From contig JAAPAO010000036.1 in the NCBI GenBank assembly GCA_013115145.1, forward strand, positions 50,079-114,078: a DNA stretch of 64,000 nucleotides, in the 5' to 3' direction. The stretch is from Perkinsus chesapeaki ATCC PRA-425. Lineage: Eukaryota > Protista > Perkinsozoa. This document shows, one piece after another, positions 14,201 to 27,361 of this stretch (the stretch's first letter is position 1; every line of letters starts with the position of its first letter). The notes beneath the pieces were generated by a model. It was not told where the DNA came from, searched no databases, and saw nothing but the letters and a program-made list of their open reading frames with translations. The translations under genes were made by a program, and so were the position numbers.

Positions 14201-17200
14201 GCCGTTCTGGTCCCTAATGTGCTGCCTCATGAACTGCTCTCTAGTGGCGTAGTCGTATAGGTAGAGGTTGCTGAGGACACATGGATCCCTCCCCATCTTC
14301 AGGCTCTCGTTGGTGATGTCATTCAAACCCGGTCGAAACATATGGGTCCATCGCTGTCCTCTCTCCCTAGCTCGCTCGATTGCCAGTCTCATATGGGTGG
14401 GCTCGATGCCAGCAGCCACTCGACACGTACTGGCTCTAATACGCCCATCGAACAGGCTATCCTGCCTGCCCCTATAGGCAATGTCTGTCCAGTCGCTCGT
14501 GCCCCATCCATCCTCAGTGCTCGTCTTTTCCCCCTCAGACTTCGTAGCCTGAGACGCTGAGAACGCCGTAGTGCCGCCGCCGCCATCACCGCCAGTCCTC
14601 CTGAACAACAATAACCATATCAGCTCCCGCTTAACCTCGGTTATCTCACGTGCTCCCCGGTGGGCCACTAACTGTGGTGGCGGCCTCATCCGAAACCATG
14701 CTGCTGCTGCCATACGCGTCCATGAGAGCTCTCCTAGCCAAGGCTGTGGCCCTGGAGTCCGCGGGGCCAGCAAGGCCGCTGTCCTCGGTCACATCAAGCA
14801 CCAAGTCTGCTATATCAGTAACGTCTCGGAATATATGGCTTTGCATTCCAGGCGGCATGTTGGCCCGGATGAAGTCCCTCTCCGGCCTCCCCAAGGCATA
14901 TGTGGCTGGAGTGCTTATCCGGCTCTCTGAAACCTTCCCTCTGCCCGCAGTAGCACTGATATCAATCATCGGTGGCCTCACAGTATCATCACTGGTTGAG
15001 TCTCGACGTAGAGCTCGATGTCCCGTCAGCCCCGCTGCACTCCCACCCGGGCCAGCGTCGCTCACACCAGATATAGCCGACCTGAATAATAACAGCAGTA
15101 GCAGTGCGGGGCGGATTGATCTTCTCTACCCATCGCCTGAGTAGAGCTCAGAGCCCTCCTCCTCCTCTTCTTTCTCCTCCTCCTCCTCGTCATCGCCTCC
15201 CTCACCCTCCTCCTCCAGTATAGTCTCGGCTACTGGGTGATGATGCTGATGATGCTTCGGTATACCCGGCATAGACTTTAGCATTTTAGACTTCCCCGGA
15301 GCGAAGGCTGTCGCTACTGGTGGCTTAGATGATAACGGTGGGAACTGTGGGTTCGGTCTCGGCACTGCCTTGCCCATGCCCGCGTAGTCTTTGACATAGA
15401 TCTGCCCCGTCGCCTCGCTTTCTGACATAACCCAACTCCTCACCACCCTAACCATCGCCTCACCTTCCTCATCTTTATCCTCTCCAACGCTGCTATCATC
15501 CCCAACCGAAGGGTCGTCCACGTTAAGCTCCGGGTTCATATCGAAATCCCTCCGATGTTCCTATGGCAGCAGCACCATCCACCTCGCTCTCCCCGCTTCC
15601 TCGAGCAGCTCCCACGCCCCCCACCTGCTCCGTCTTCTCGTTCCTCTCATCTATTTCACCGCCCTCCTTCATCTCCTGATATTCAGCGATGGTCACAGCG
15701 AAGTTACGAGGAAAGTATCCAGTTCGGGTGGGGTTGTGAGCCAGCCTTCCCAGCCACCAGTCAGCCTGAACACCACTGACGGGGGGAGGAGACTTCGAGA
15801 TTTCACGTTACGTTGTCAGGACCGTTAATGACCTCCACATAGTCACCGGCAAAAAGTCTCATTAACCTCTGACCCTCTCGCTTGAACGGCCAGCTTACCT
15901 ATCGCATGTAGCTTTGGTATGGTATACTGGCGAAGGATGATGCTCTACCGTTGCTGGATCGAATGAGTGCACTGCCACCACTGTCTTATTATCTATTCCT
16001 GGTACACTTGCCATACGAATGAGCGTCTCTAGAGGCAGCACCCAATAGGCTTAATTAACAACAGCAATAAGCTTAGTAATGACAAGGAGACTCATCTATA
16101 CGCCACCGTCATGCCAGGGAATGTAATGTCATCTCGATAGACCATATCCCCACCAAGTGCAACCAAGGTGTTGGAGCCTAGCAGTCTCCGTCTGATACCA
16201 ACGGCACTGCTTGCCACCGAGGTTGGTCGAGTACTCCCTCCGTCGTTGACTTCATCACGTGGGATCTTCCTTCGGCAGAATCTACACACCAGCTCGAGGG
16301 CCGATGGCAAATGCGGTCTCTCGTAGGCTTTCAGACTACCGAAGAGACGCCTCCTCAAAGAGTAGTCTTCCACCATCCGTATCAGCCTGACCAGCTCATC
16401 AACACCCGGCCTGAGCTTGGTATCCCCGAGCGCCGACGTCGACATCCTTCTCAATAGCGGCCGAGGAGTTCCATGTGAGCTCACGGGAAGTCCCGCCTTC
16501 ATGGCCCTCTCCTCGAGGAGCTGATGACCCACCTCAGGCAGTAACCTCAGCACTTCTAGAACAGCACTAGGGACACCTGATGGGACCCGTGGGGCCACGG
16601 CCCTGACCAAAGCCACCCGATGGAGAAGGTCGACCACACTGCCGAGGCTCCGTGCCAGCTGATTGGCCCCATCTGAGTTCACAGCCAGTAGGAGCCAATG
16701 CAGCCTCGGTGGGTAGTCGCAATGGTCATCATGGGTCGGTGTAGAGAAATGTGTAACCAAAGCTATGAGACGGTCGACTGCCCTCTGGCATTTATCAGTC
16801 AATGACACTCTGTAGCTAGCCTCCACCGATGGCTGCGTACCCACTGACACCAAACCTACCCCCCGCCGCCACCGCCGCAGTCCAAGCATTGCCTCCTCTT
16901 TCTCGTTTGTCGGCCTCAACTGCCCCACAACCTCATGGTCTCCTCCTGTAGAGGGTGTTCGGGCGGTAGATGCCGCAGTAGTACTCGGACGTCTCAGAGA
17001 AGACCTCCGTCTGATGCCTGCTGCCACAGAAGAAGAGCCACCCTCTCTGCATCCTGTCGATGGTCGACGCCTACCCCGCTGCCGGTCCTCGGTCACATCA
17101 TCACTCTTGCCTCCGTCAATACTCCCACCAGCACCCTCTTCAAATGCTACCGTAGCGTCATCCACACTGGCTAAGCTATCTACCCTATACTCACCCATCA

Positions 17201-20010
17201 TCCCACCGACCTCTGATCCTGCTACTGCTGCTACTGCTGCTACTGCTGCTGCTGCTGCTGGGCCCGCCGCTCCCGCTACCGCTCTTTCCGCTGCCAACCC
17301 CTGATCTCCACTGCTTATCTGCTCCCTACTGTCTATGTCTTCTGTAGTGTACCCAAATTTCGTAATAGCCTCGACTACTGGTCCAGTGCTATCTCCTGCT
17401 TTGCCTACCATAGGCCCACCACCAGCCTGGGCCGGTGCCCCATTGGACCTACTGCTCCTAGAAGGCTCCTCGTTACCAACCTCGAATGAGCTTGCCTCCC
17501 AGCCTCCATTCTCATAAAGGACCCCTCCTCCCGCAACCTCCTCTCCTCCCCTCTTCTCCCTAGTAATTGCTCCATCTCCCCCACCTAAGCTGCCTTCTTC
17601 TTCAGTACCCAAGTAGCCCTGCTTCCCCACACTCGGCCGAGGATGTCTGATAGTAGTGGTAGTAGTGGCGTCCTCCTCTGTCCTTCCCTCCTTGTGGTCT
17701 ACTGGAGGCCATATCAGTTGCCCTCCTACTGACGGATGTGACTTCACAGTACCACCAGTCTGTTGCTCTTTATGACCACCATCATCAACTCTCAGGCTCT
17801 GCCCAGTTGTCACCTCTCCAGGCGGCCTTTGCCTGCTGTCTTCAATGCCCCGGCTACCACCTTCCCCTCCTCTACCATACCCCACAGAGGACCCTGTAAC
17901 AGGTCCACCTTGCCCTCCTCTACCATACCCCACAGAGGACCCTGTAACAGGTCCACCTTCCCCTCCTCTACCATACCCCACAGAGGACCCTGTAACAGGT
18001 CCACCTTCCCCTCCTCTACCATACCCCACAGAGGNNNNNNNNNNNNNNNNNNNNNNNNNNNNNNNNNNNNNNNNNNNNNNNNNNNNNNNNNNNNNNNNNN
18101 NNNNNNNNNNNNNNNNNNNNNNNNNNNNNNAACAGGTCCACCTTCCCCTCCTCTACCATACCCCACAGAGGACCCTGTAACAGGTCCACCTTCCCCTCCT
18201 CTACCACCACCTACAGTGGGCTCCGTAACACCGTTGCTTTCCCCGATTAACAATGCCGTCTGGCTTCCCCCAACCGTTGACTGGCTAATGGGTTCTCGTG
18301 ACTCACTACCTTCCTCCCCTATACTCTCGACTACTGCTGCTGCTGCACCAGTCAGCCCAGCCCGGCGGCTTGCCTTCGCTAAGAGGCCCTCAATCGTTGG
18401 ACCGGCCCCTAACACCCCTTCAAGCGTCATACCAATAGCAGCACATGAGTCTTCTAAATCAGCCTTGATACCCTCCCACAGCTGCTCAGCCAAAGCCGTC
18501 TGCCCCAGCCTGGACTCGCCGGTATTCACCATCTCCCTGAACCGCGCCTCTATTCGACGTGCTAAAGCTGCAAGAGTCTTCCGCAATGAAGCAGGCGCCT
18601 AACACAAACCCTATATCGACCAACGGCACCGAACCAACCTCCGAAGAATCCTCCTGGCCATTCTTGTCTTCACTTCCACCTCTATCCCCAATACTCCCCA
18701 GGGTGTCCAAAAAGCTAGCATAGGGCCTCCTTACCGATCCCGTTGACTCATAATACCTACCCCGCCCATCACCAGTACCCGGTCACACTCGACACACTTC
18801 ACTTTCCTCTCAAGCCTGGCGTTATCTATGCGAAGCTTCTGTGCAGCCTGCTCGCAGCTTTCAACAGTCTTCTCCAACCTCCTCTGCTTCTTCATCAACC
18901 CCCTCACGGTGTTGTTATAAACCTACAGTAACAACCGCAGTCCGTAGAGCGTCGGAAAAATCTCCCTAGAGCGTCGCCGAAACCGTTGCTCACGTTCTCA
19001 ACGTCCTCCCTCCATCGTAACGTATCTCCGTCCACGTTACCGAGCGCTCCTCCCAGTTACCTCCAAGAGTGACATTAGTTCCCCAAGCCACAGCTCCAAG
19101 TCCCTCAATGCATCACCACAGGCCTTAGCAGCTGCCAACGTGTATATCTGCCCTCTGCTGGCTGAGCTCCGACTATGCTTCATATTACCCCCCGATGACC
19201 CCCTGTGATCCATTCCTCCCTAGTAGTGGGAAGCCTGGCTTCCTTGATTGCCTTCGATGTCCGTGAGATCTCATAAAACTCGGTAAGCAAGGTGAACTCC
19301 TACGAGCCTACCCTTTTCAATATAACATCCGCAACCCCAAATATCTCTTTAGTCCAGACCTCCTCGGATGCCGACCTATAACGAACCATACTATCATCAC
19401 ATGCCTACTAGCTTCACCGTCTGGCCGCTATGGCTCATTTCAGTACCAAACTTCTCAACATTTTCGTGGATGTGATTCTCTTAGTTCTTCCAACTAGCGA
19501 AATGTCAGCTTGTGTGATCGGGCTTCGACAAAATCAATAAGCCGTTCCCCTGTCCCACTTGGCAAGCTCCCCAACTTTCCTGCTCAATTCCGCTTCGGTG
19601 TTTTCGTCGCTGTCCTCTGCCTTATCCCATTTCAGTATTCTATCATTATCCTCGATGAACCTCTCATAAGACGTCTTCTCAAAAAGCCTCCGGAACATCT
19701 TCATCCTTCTCCCATCCTCCTCCTCTTCACCCAACGGCACCTACCCAGTATTCCCACCCACACTGGCCCCGCCTGGGTAACTTTTGTCACTGAAGTCTGA
19801 GTCCCTATAGAAATCCTTCGTATACCAGACAGAGCTTCATCCGAAGCGCTAAGCACGCGGCCAGCACGGCGAATGACCCTACCGGAACATGATCAGCTCA
19901 GTTGACACTGGGTCCGTTACCCATCGAGGGCTTCGGCTTTAAACCTGAGGCGACCTTCAGAGTCTATATCCACTAGGCTACCGAGGAGTGCTGGCCTCTT
20001 GGGCATCAAC
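8230..20010 (-). CDS. Very large multi-exon protein: N-terminal coiled-coil/low-complexity region, SH3 domain, WW-like domain and many IQ calmodulin-binding motifs (may be two genes)
   Basis: SH3 exons ~15695-15985 (TVVAVHSFDP...LFAGDYVEVING...DWWLGR...TGYFPRNF); WW-like ALKYNLPPDWEV...RYYV...HPML (~13150-13330); IQ motifs IQSYWRM, IQRVLRG, IQGILRG, VQALVKG, IQRFFRG, LQKFIRG (9700-12500); ends approximate. Confidence 0.6.
17857..18206 (-). repeat. 48-bp coding tandem repeat (GYGRGGEGGPVTGSSV units) interrupted by an assembly gap of 96 N (18035-18130)
   Basis: Unit ccaccttcccctcctctaccataccccacagaggaccctgtaacaggt at 17857, 17905, 17953, 18001, 18138, partial at 18186; true copy number unknown. 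Confidence 0.95.
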
Positions 20011-20321
20011 ACATGTTAGCTACCACAGCAGCCTAGGAGCCAGAGCGACACAGCGGCCCTGATAGGCGAACACAACAATGAGATACATAATGGACACACT
20101 TAGTGAAATAATAATTATACTGTCCAACTATATTGCGGCCAACCAAGATGACCATCTGCAAACTGATGAAGCGCAGAATGGTCACTTTTAATGGGAGAGC
20201 GTACTTGCTGCAAGACAGTATACCAACAACAACAAATAGCCTTAAGATGGACTTGCCGATGAGGAGAGGATAAGATCGGGTTCGTTTTGAACCTGTTGAG
20301 AAATAACAATAATCTTAGAGT

Positions 20322-21131
20322 TTAACCATAGGTGGGAGTGCTCGAGTCACCGGGTCCATAAGCTTGTGGCGACAGAGCCATACCATAGGTTCCATAAGAA
20401 GCGGCATTATACAATACTGCAGGCAATGGTACTGATTGATAATAATGAGCATACAAGTCAACCATGGGAGGATGAGGAGCGTACATATAATAATGGTAAA
20501 AGTGACCAGGATAGGTAGACATCATCATACTGGTCTGATCTATAACAGGATCTTCTAAGGATCTTTCAACAGTAGACTCGTCCTCAAAAAGTGGCCCAAA
20601 CGACCGACGGGTGGTAGGTGTATTCCGAAGTTGGCTGCAGTCATAATCGGGCTCGGATGGAGCTGTTGATGCCGAACTAGCTTTACTCGATGAACGCTCT
20701 CTAATGTTGGGATTCTCAACTATGTTGACATCATTCCCAACAGGCCAATCATCAGGGTTGAGCTCCGACTCACTGTGAGCATACCGACATTTGTTACCGA
20801 GCTTACAGAAGCCTTCTTGATGGAAGCTGCACAACTTGGTCTTAAAAAAGGCGTTAGTAGACCTCACTTGCTTTATGTCATGAGCATAAGGGCATCTCTT
20901 AATATTGGGGCATGTTCCTTTTTGGAGCATCATCCGGCACATACGGGTCTTGGAGAGGTCGGGCTTGTTCCTCAATTCCGCCTCGGAATGTGCGTGGCTG
21001 CAGGATTCACCTTTGCTGCATCCACCGTTCGCAACAAACTTGCACATTTCAGTCTTGTAGAACTGATTCAAGTAACGATTATGCCATGCATCACGGGCAT
21101 TGCTGAAGATGGCTTTCGGTTGCTCAGACAT
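20322..21131 (-). CDS. Intronless tandem CCCH zinc-finger (3x C3H1) RNA-binding protein, TIS11/ZFP36-like
   Basis: YKTEMC-x8-C-x5-C-x3-H, KTRMC...CPYAH, FKTKLC...CRYAH in a single 269-aa ORF; P/Y-rich C-terminus. Confidence 0.9.
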   Translation of the reverse strand: MSEQPKAIFSNARDAWHNRYLNQFYKTEMCKFVANGGCSKGESCSHAHSEAELRNKPDLSKTRMCRMMLQKGTCPNIKRCPYAHDIKQVRSTNAFFKTKLCSFHQEGFCKLGNKCRYAHSESELNPDDWPVGNDVNIVENPNIRERSSSKASSASTAPSEPDYDCSQLRNTPTTRRSFGPLFEDESTVERSLEDPVIDQTSMMMSTYPGHFYHYYMYAPHPPMVDLYAHYYQSVPLPAVLYNAASYGTYGMALSPQAYGPGDSSTPTYG

Positions 21132-21207
21132 AGCAATAACAATGAACTAGGATGAGTTTTCGGGCGACTTGAGGGCATTAGCCTGCTGGCGCCCTAATGC
21201 AGAAAAA

Positions 21208-21243
21208 TGCAGATGCCAGGGATCGAACCTGGATCGCACCACC
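21208..21243 (-). other. Isolated tRNA 3' half / B-box-like element followed by oligo-T
   Basis: Minus strand reads ...CCAGG TTCGATC CCTGG CATCTGC A TTTTT: T-arm, acceptor 3' strand, discriminator and Pol III-like terminator; no canonical D/anticodon arms upstream. Confidence 0.45.
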
Positions 21244-21288
21244 AATCAAATTTTCGAAGTTTCATACTTGTGTGTAATTCTGGTAACA

Positions 21289-23007
21289 ATGGACACTACA
21301 TCAGCTCCTCAACTAATTGAGCATATCAATGAACCCCTTAACTTCACTCCTTTCGATGTAAGTCATCGGGGCGTTCCAGCACTCTGGGCGTCGAGCATGT
21401 CTGTCGATAGACCTAAGTGACGTCTGCTTGCTTTGTCTAGGGAGTAATGGATATAGGTTCGCTGGATTCCTCGATCGGCCCGCTTTGCCTTGATGGGACA
21501 GTTTCCTAAGGCAACAGGGGTGGTACGCATATGCGAGATGGATCAAGGGAAGTTAACAAAACTAGTAGAGAAGGAATGGCCCGTTGGTAGGTTGTACTAA
21601 GCATCTTGTTCACTACACAATACCGAAATCAACCCGAAAGATATTCCCTGTAGGAGTCAAGTGCGGCAGTTTCGGGGCGTCCCCGTCATACGAAACACGG
21701 CATCTGACCATCGGGGATTATGGAGGGCGCCTTACCATCTTCGACGTTGATCGTATGGATAAGCCCTTCTATAGTGTCAAAGCCCACGATTCCATAATAA
21801 ACACTCTCGACGGTAACCACCATTAGACCAATCAACCCTCGCATCGTCCCTCGTTGCAGGCTGCAAGGGCCCCGGACCCGTCGAAATAGTTACTGGATCT
21901 CGCGACGGAAGCGTAAAGATCTGGGACCCACGGACGGCAGAGCCAGTTGTGTGCCTTGAGCCAGTAGCCACACGGGTCTCACTAGGTGGTCGGATCGACT
22001 ATGCAAGGTCCCCGATGCAAGAGCTGCGAGCGCCGGTGTCTCCGTGGCCGACTGCTGGGCAGTGGGATTCGGAAATGCATACAATGAAGTTGAACGAACC
22101 GTGGCTGCTGGGTGAGTCCTGACTTGCGGAGCGGCTGGAAGAATGACCCTAGTTACGATAATGGTGACGTGAAACTGTTCGATTTGAGAACGATGCAGCT
22201 TCGATGGGATACTAACGTGAAGAATGGCGTGACACATGTCGCATTCGATAGAAAGGACATCAAAATGAACAAGTTGGCCGTCAGCTGTCTCGAGGCCACA
22301 ATGATTATATATGACATGAGTAAGGCGTCACCCAGTCACCTATATCCGGGTTCATTTTCAATCAACTACTAGAGCCGTGCTAGAATGCATGCTACGCAAT
22401 GGTTTGAAACTGTCATAGGAACTTACAACCCCACCAGTGGATACAGCGGTTGCCTCGAGAAGGTCCTGACAAAGGGAGAGAACCAGAAGAACCAACCACA
22501 GGGAGGCGCCGGTCGGCACCCAGATTTGCCCAACGCGCGAGACTCGTTCCCTTAGGCACAGTCTGGGGCTGCCACTTCTTGCCTCAGAATCGTGACGTCT
22601 GGTGTACTGCGGGCGGCTCTGGTGGCTTATTCTTGTGATACCACGAATAACTCGGGCCGTGGCAGGAGTACCAGTAGCTGCTCAGGCACAAGTACAATTA
22701 CCCTATGGAGCGCGAAACTCGGGACAAAAACAACAATCCTGTTGGTGCGCTCATCCGAACCCGTTCATCCTCCATTCGTCGACTGCCATCTTAGGTGTAG
22801 CAGGGACGGTCGAGCTGCTGAACCAACGTGACGTATCTACTCAGCCAATTGTTGCATTTGATTGGCATCCCGATAAGTTGGGTTTAGCGGTCATGGGAAG
22901 CCTTGATCAGACTGTCAAAGTGGCTATTTGTACGTCCTTTCTCTTGCCGGCTTCCAACACCATATTATATACCTTATCGATCAGGCACTAAGCTGAACCT
23001 CTATTAA
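21289..23007 (+). CDS. WDR92: WD40 repeat protein 92 / dynein axonemal assembly factor 10
   Basis: Exons give MDTTSAPQLIEHINEPLNFTPFD, FPVGVKCGSFGAS...IGDYGGRL, VKAHDSIIN, VTGSRDGSVKIWD, YDNGDVKLFDLRTMQLRWDTNVKNGV..VAFDRKDIKMNKL, QPIVAFDWHPDKLGL...DQTVKV...TKLNLY*. Confidence 0.9.
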
Positions 23008-23338
23008 GACCCTGCAAACCTTCTCGATGAGGGTTTAAGAGTTTCCTCATGTCGCGATGAAAGCATTCTCTTGTGTCACTGTGAGTCTCTTGTTTGACTA
23101 AGCTTTCAATCTCTACCGTTACTATTACGAGCAACCTAGTCAGACCGACAACATTAGCTTCGAACTGTCGACGGGTTCACCACAGCCTTGGTTGCATGCT
23201 TCGCTGCTTACTCGGATTGGCCGGGCGAGTCAAAAGGTATCAGATAGACTAGATGCTTCGTCTTGAGCACGATCCTTGCGGTAGGCGATTTTCTTGTGAC
23301 GCATACTGTAGTTTGCTGAGCTCGCCGTTTGCTATATA

Positions 23339-25083
23339 ATGGCCTCTGAGGCAAGCGTGTCCGAGGCGGATAAAGTAAACGGAGTGAGTGACGATAACAC
23401 GGAGAAACAGGGGGACGAGAGAGATATGCTCATAAGGGTAGCGATTCGCACGTTTTACAGTGGCAGGCTCGACGTTTCCAAGTCAGCTGCTGCTGTAGAA
23501 ACTGTTAATGACTTAATCGAAACCGAGCTATCCAAACGGAAGCGCTCTGCGTCAGTATTGGTAAATTTTCCTGCCTACCTTACGTTCAACTCGAAGACTC
23601 GTTCATATAGGAAAATCTGACCACGACTGGCAGCTTGAGTGTGGATGGAATCGAGGAGGATTCCTCCCCCAAAAATCCCGCGATTCATTTGCCTTGCTCG
23701 CCGTCGCCTCGTCGATATAGGCTGAAATCAGGCATACCTCGGACAAGTGCAACGTGCAGCATACTACAGATCTGCCTATGATAAAATACGCGAAGGGGAT
23801 GACTTCTTCACGTAGGGACATTCTCACCCCGATAAAACCAGGCAATGTGAACACTCAGGTTGAGAAGGGAGAAAGAGAGGCAAAAAACAATAAACGCAGG
23901 TATGTGGTCTCCACCAAGTGTACAGGGAGTCGAGTGGCATTGAGCTCTCCATCTCGAAGCTGCACAATTATGAAGTCGTGTGCTTCAGATCTTCGCCGGA
24001 AGCTGGACGAAACAGGAATACTTGTCCTGGAGAGCCGTGTCAAAACTCTAGAGAATGAAGCTAACTGCCAATATCAGCTTCAGCTTGATAGCTCACACGC
24101 AGGTTAAGGCAATAACCGCGGAGCTTTGTGATGCGCAGAGTGAACTAAAACTAGTCAAGGACACCAGGGACAAATATCGTGACTTGTAAATAAAGCTTAT
24201 AATTCTACCATTAGCCACACTTGCCACTCGAGATATGCCCGATTTGCGAAGAAGTGCGAGGAGCTAATGATCAAGCTGAACGAAACTGAAACAGCAAGAA
24301 ATGTGTAGCACAACGAATCCGTGAATGCAGTTGAATCATCTCGCGTACCAGGGCAGAGGGGGATCGAGAAAGACTACAAGCCTTTCTCACAGCATGCTGC
24401 GACGAACACAATCAAGACGCCTACAGCTTGGGAGTGAAGCTATCCAGAAGCCGGGAGAATTACAAGGTTGGGCACGGTCATGACTATCATCTGGACAACG
24501 TGGGAATCCTTGGTGCTCCTTGTAGGCTTTGCAAGGGAGTCTCAGCTTGGCAAGGTCGGAGGTGAATCGGCTAGAGAGAAGAGTTGAGGAGCTCGAAGAA
24601 GAGGTGACTCTATCCCCACTTGACATAACAGAGTTTGGTTCCACCGTGTATAGGTGAGAAATTATCGAACGAGATGTGAGCTGGCTAAAAGTGTACACGA
24701 GTTCGAGGCCGAAGCACAACAAGAGAGCTTCGATGGGGAAATGAACAGCCTGCTCAAAGCCAAGGACATCCAGATTGACAGAGAGGTCTGTCCTTTGTTC
24801 TCGACGTTGATCGACTGATAAAGGTTCACAGATACGTAGGGCAGACCGAGCCGCTCAAGAGGCGACCTTGTTGAAAATACATTGTTATGGGAAAGAACGT
24901 GGAATGCCACACTATAGTGGGTCAATTTGGCCAAGCCGCATTTACAACATCTGTGGACGTCTACGAGAGCTCGCCTCTTGCTTAGGTCCCTCGTTCAGTG
25001 AGGCTTTACAAGAGATGGAAGCTATAGATGCAGAAATCGATAGAATAGATCCAGCCTATGCTACTTGGAAAAATAGGCTAAAG
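23339..25083 (+). CDS. Multi-exon coiled-coil hypothetical protein
   Basis: Start MASEASVSEAD; E/K/L-rich heptad exons; final exon ...EIDRIDPAYATWKNRLK*. Confidence 0.5.
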
Positions 25084-25345
25084 TAAGAGCAGATAGCTTA
25101 GTATAAGCGTTCCCACTTGCTTGATATGAGGTTCCATAGCGACTTCGAAAGAGATGGTACGGTGACACACGTGAATGGAGATGAACGAGAAGTTACAACC
25201 CAAACGATGAGCTCGCTCCGCGATGATAATCGTCCTACCACGGACTAGAGTTTTCTTGCAACCTAATTGTGATGCCTTGTATAAGAGGAACATGCACTAA
25301 CGCGTAGATTGTTTAGAGCTTCTAGCCCCTCTCTGGATTCCTCCT

Positions 25346-27361
25346 ATGGCATCGACGCCGACACCCGTCAACAAATGGTCCTGGGCCAGCAGCCGCCATA
25401 GTTCGGAGAGGCCAAGAGAACGCCTCTCAAGTGCCCGTAAGCAATGCTCAGTTTACCAGCTCTAGTAGCTCGTCGGACCACTGCTGCCCCGTTCAGGCCG
25501 CGAGTCCTGTCCAAGTGGAGATCCTACCTTAGTTCGGGTTTGGCCCCAGCGAGGCCTTTCAAGTGTTGTTGTATCGGTAAGCTTGTTGCGAATACTACCC
25601 AGCTGTAGTCGGCTTCACAACACGCGTCGAACATCGATGGCCTATTTCAAGAATCTCCCGAAAGACCTTCTCATTGAGAACTTAGTTCTCAAGCCTCTTT
25701 AAGCTTACACGGCGCGACTTCGCTTTAACCAGTTTCAAAAAGTCCTACTTACGAACCTCAATGAGACTTCTTCAAACCGATAGCTAGACAAAATACGAAA
25801 CTTTCTTGAAATAAACAACGGCTTTTGGAATGGGTGAAGCCTCTTGAGCTACTTCTTGTAAGAGCTACTCACACCCTAGGAAGCATTTCCTTCAAGAGAC
25901 TTTATAAATAGGCTCCAGGTCTATGTGAGTTTACAGTTTGTCGCCAAAACGCCCGAGCACTCCGTTTCTTGCACGTTTCACTGCGTGCTCTCAGGCTAAT
26001 GGATCGTGTCTTAACGGGGATTCTGATGACTCGCTTGCAGATGATGTATGAGTTCTCAAAGTTACACCGGCAGGGTATTTCACGCAGGTACTCCGTCTGT
26101 ATATTGAGAATCGACAGCTCAATGTTAATGGAAGGTTTCCGGAGCACAGGACCCGGGAAAAGTCACATTCGTCTGAGGAAGGACAGACGGCGAAGGAAGC
26201 CAAGATGGGCTCAGCGTCATTCTCCGAGAGATCTTCAGAGAGGGTTGCTGCCTTTCCTGCAGGTGTTCTCTTATTCGGGCTTGCATACACGCTCTTTTGA
26301 CTAGGACATAAACTGGATATGACCGAGCCTAAATCTCCAGCTAGTGTACCTAGAGTTCCTTCGAGTACGAGCCTGTCGACTAGAGAGGAAAACCTTTGCG
26401 AGATTCTCCGATCGGAGATTGCTTTTCTCGAGCGGAAGCTGCAACGATCCAATGAGTGAGTGACTGGAGCATTCTGCAGTGCTAGAGCTCACACGGCAAA
26501 ATCAGGTACGCTAAGTACGGTGAAGTGTCACCCCCCGAGATAACAATAGGCGACCTATCTCCGATAAGCAGCGTCTCGCGGTGTGGGTTCATCGGAGATG
26601 GACTGCTGGACACGATTCCCTTCAGGTGGTGTGAATGCTGCTTTATATGCCAACAAAAGTCTCGAGGAGGTTTCGCTGCGTTGCGATGCTTTAGAGGAGC
26701 AAATGAAGCAAGTGAAGTCGAAATTGGTAGGGAATGACCCTACCGCTCACAAGCTGAATCCGGTTCTGTGACATTCCAGAGCCATGGTGAATCGAGAACC
26801 AGTGTATCATCAAGAGCCACTCGAATTGAACCGTGGATGGAGGCGTCGGCTTCGGCGAAGATCAGGTCTGTCGCGTACTTGCAAGCCAGGGTCATATGGC
26901 TACTCATATCGTGGATATCTACTTCGGTGTGTATGCATTGTGACATTACAGTATCACTTCAGGCTACTTGAAGAAAAGCTGAACAGCGCTCGCCAGGAGG
27001 CTGCCAAGTGGAAGGTAGCGACGATTAAATACTTCCACTTCCTATAGTGTTCCTTATACAGGACGCATTCCAACAGCTTGAGCTGGAGCAGCGTGAACTC
27101 ATTGAGGCGTCTTATGCAGACGAGCGCCGACTGAGAGAGCTAACGGATAAGGTGAAGTCATATACGAATCCCTCGGCAATAATAGCTGAGCACGTCGTCT
27201 TGTGCCGTTCGCCGACGTCATGCCATCACATGATGGTGCTGTGCCAGGTATCGCAGTTAGAAGCTCAATTGAACAGTAGAGTAGTGAACTTAGATGCCAC
27301 GAGAGCCCCGATACGGTCGAAGAAGCTCAGACTGCATAAGAGTTCAAACCCTGGTTGTTGA
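25346..27361 (+). CDS. Multi-exon coiled-coil hypothetical protein
   Basis: Start MASTPTPVNKWSW followed by gtaag donor; exons LEEQMKQVKSKL, LLEEKLNSARQEAAKWK, FQQLELEQRELIEASYADERRLREL, QLEAQLNSR. Confidence 0.5.
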
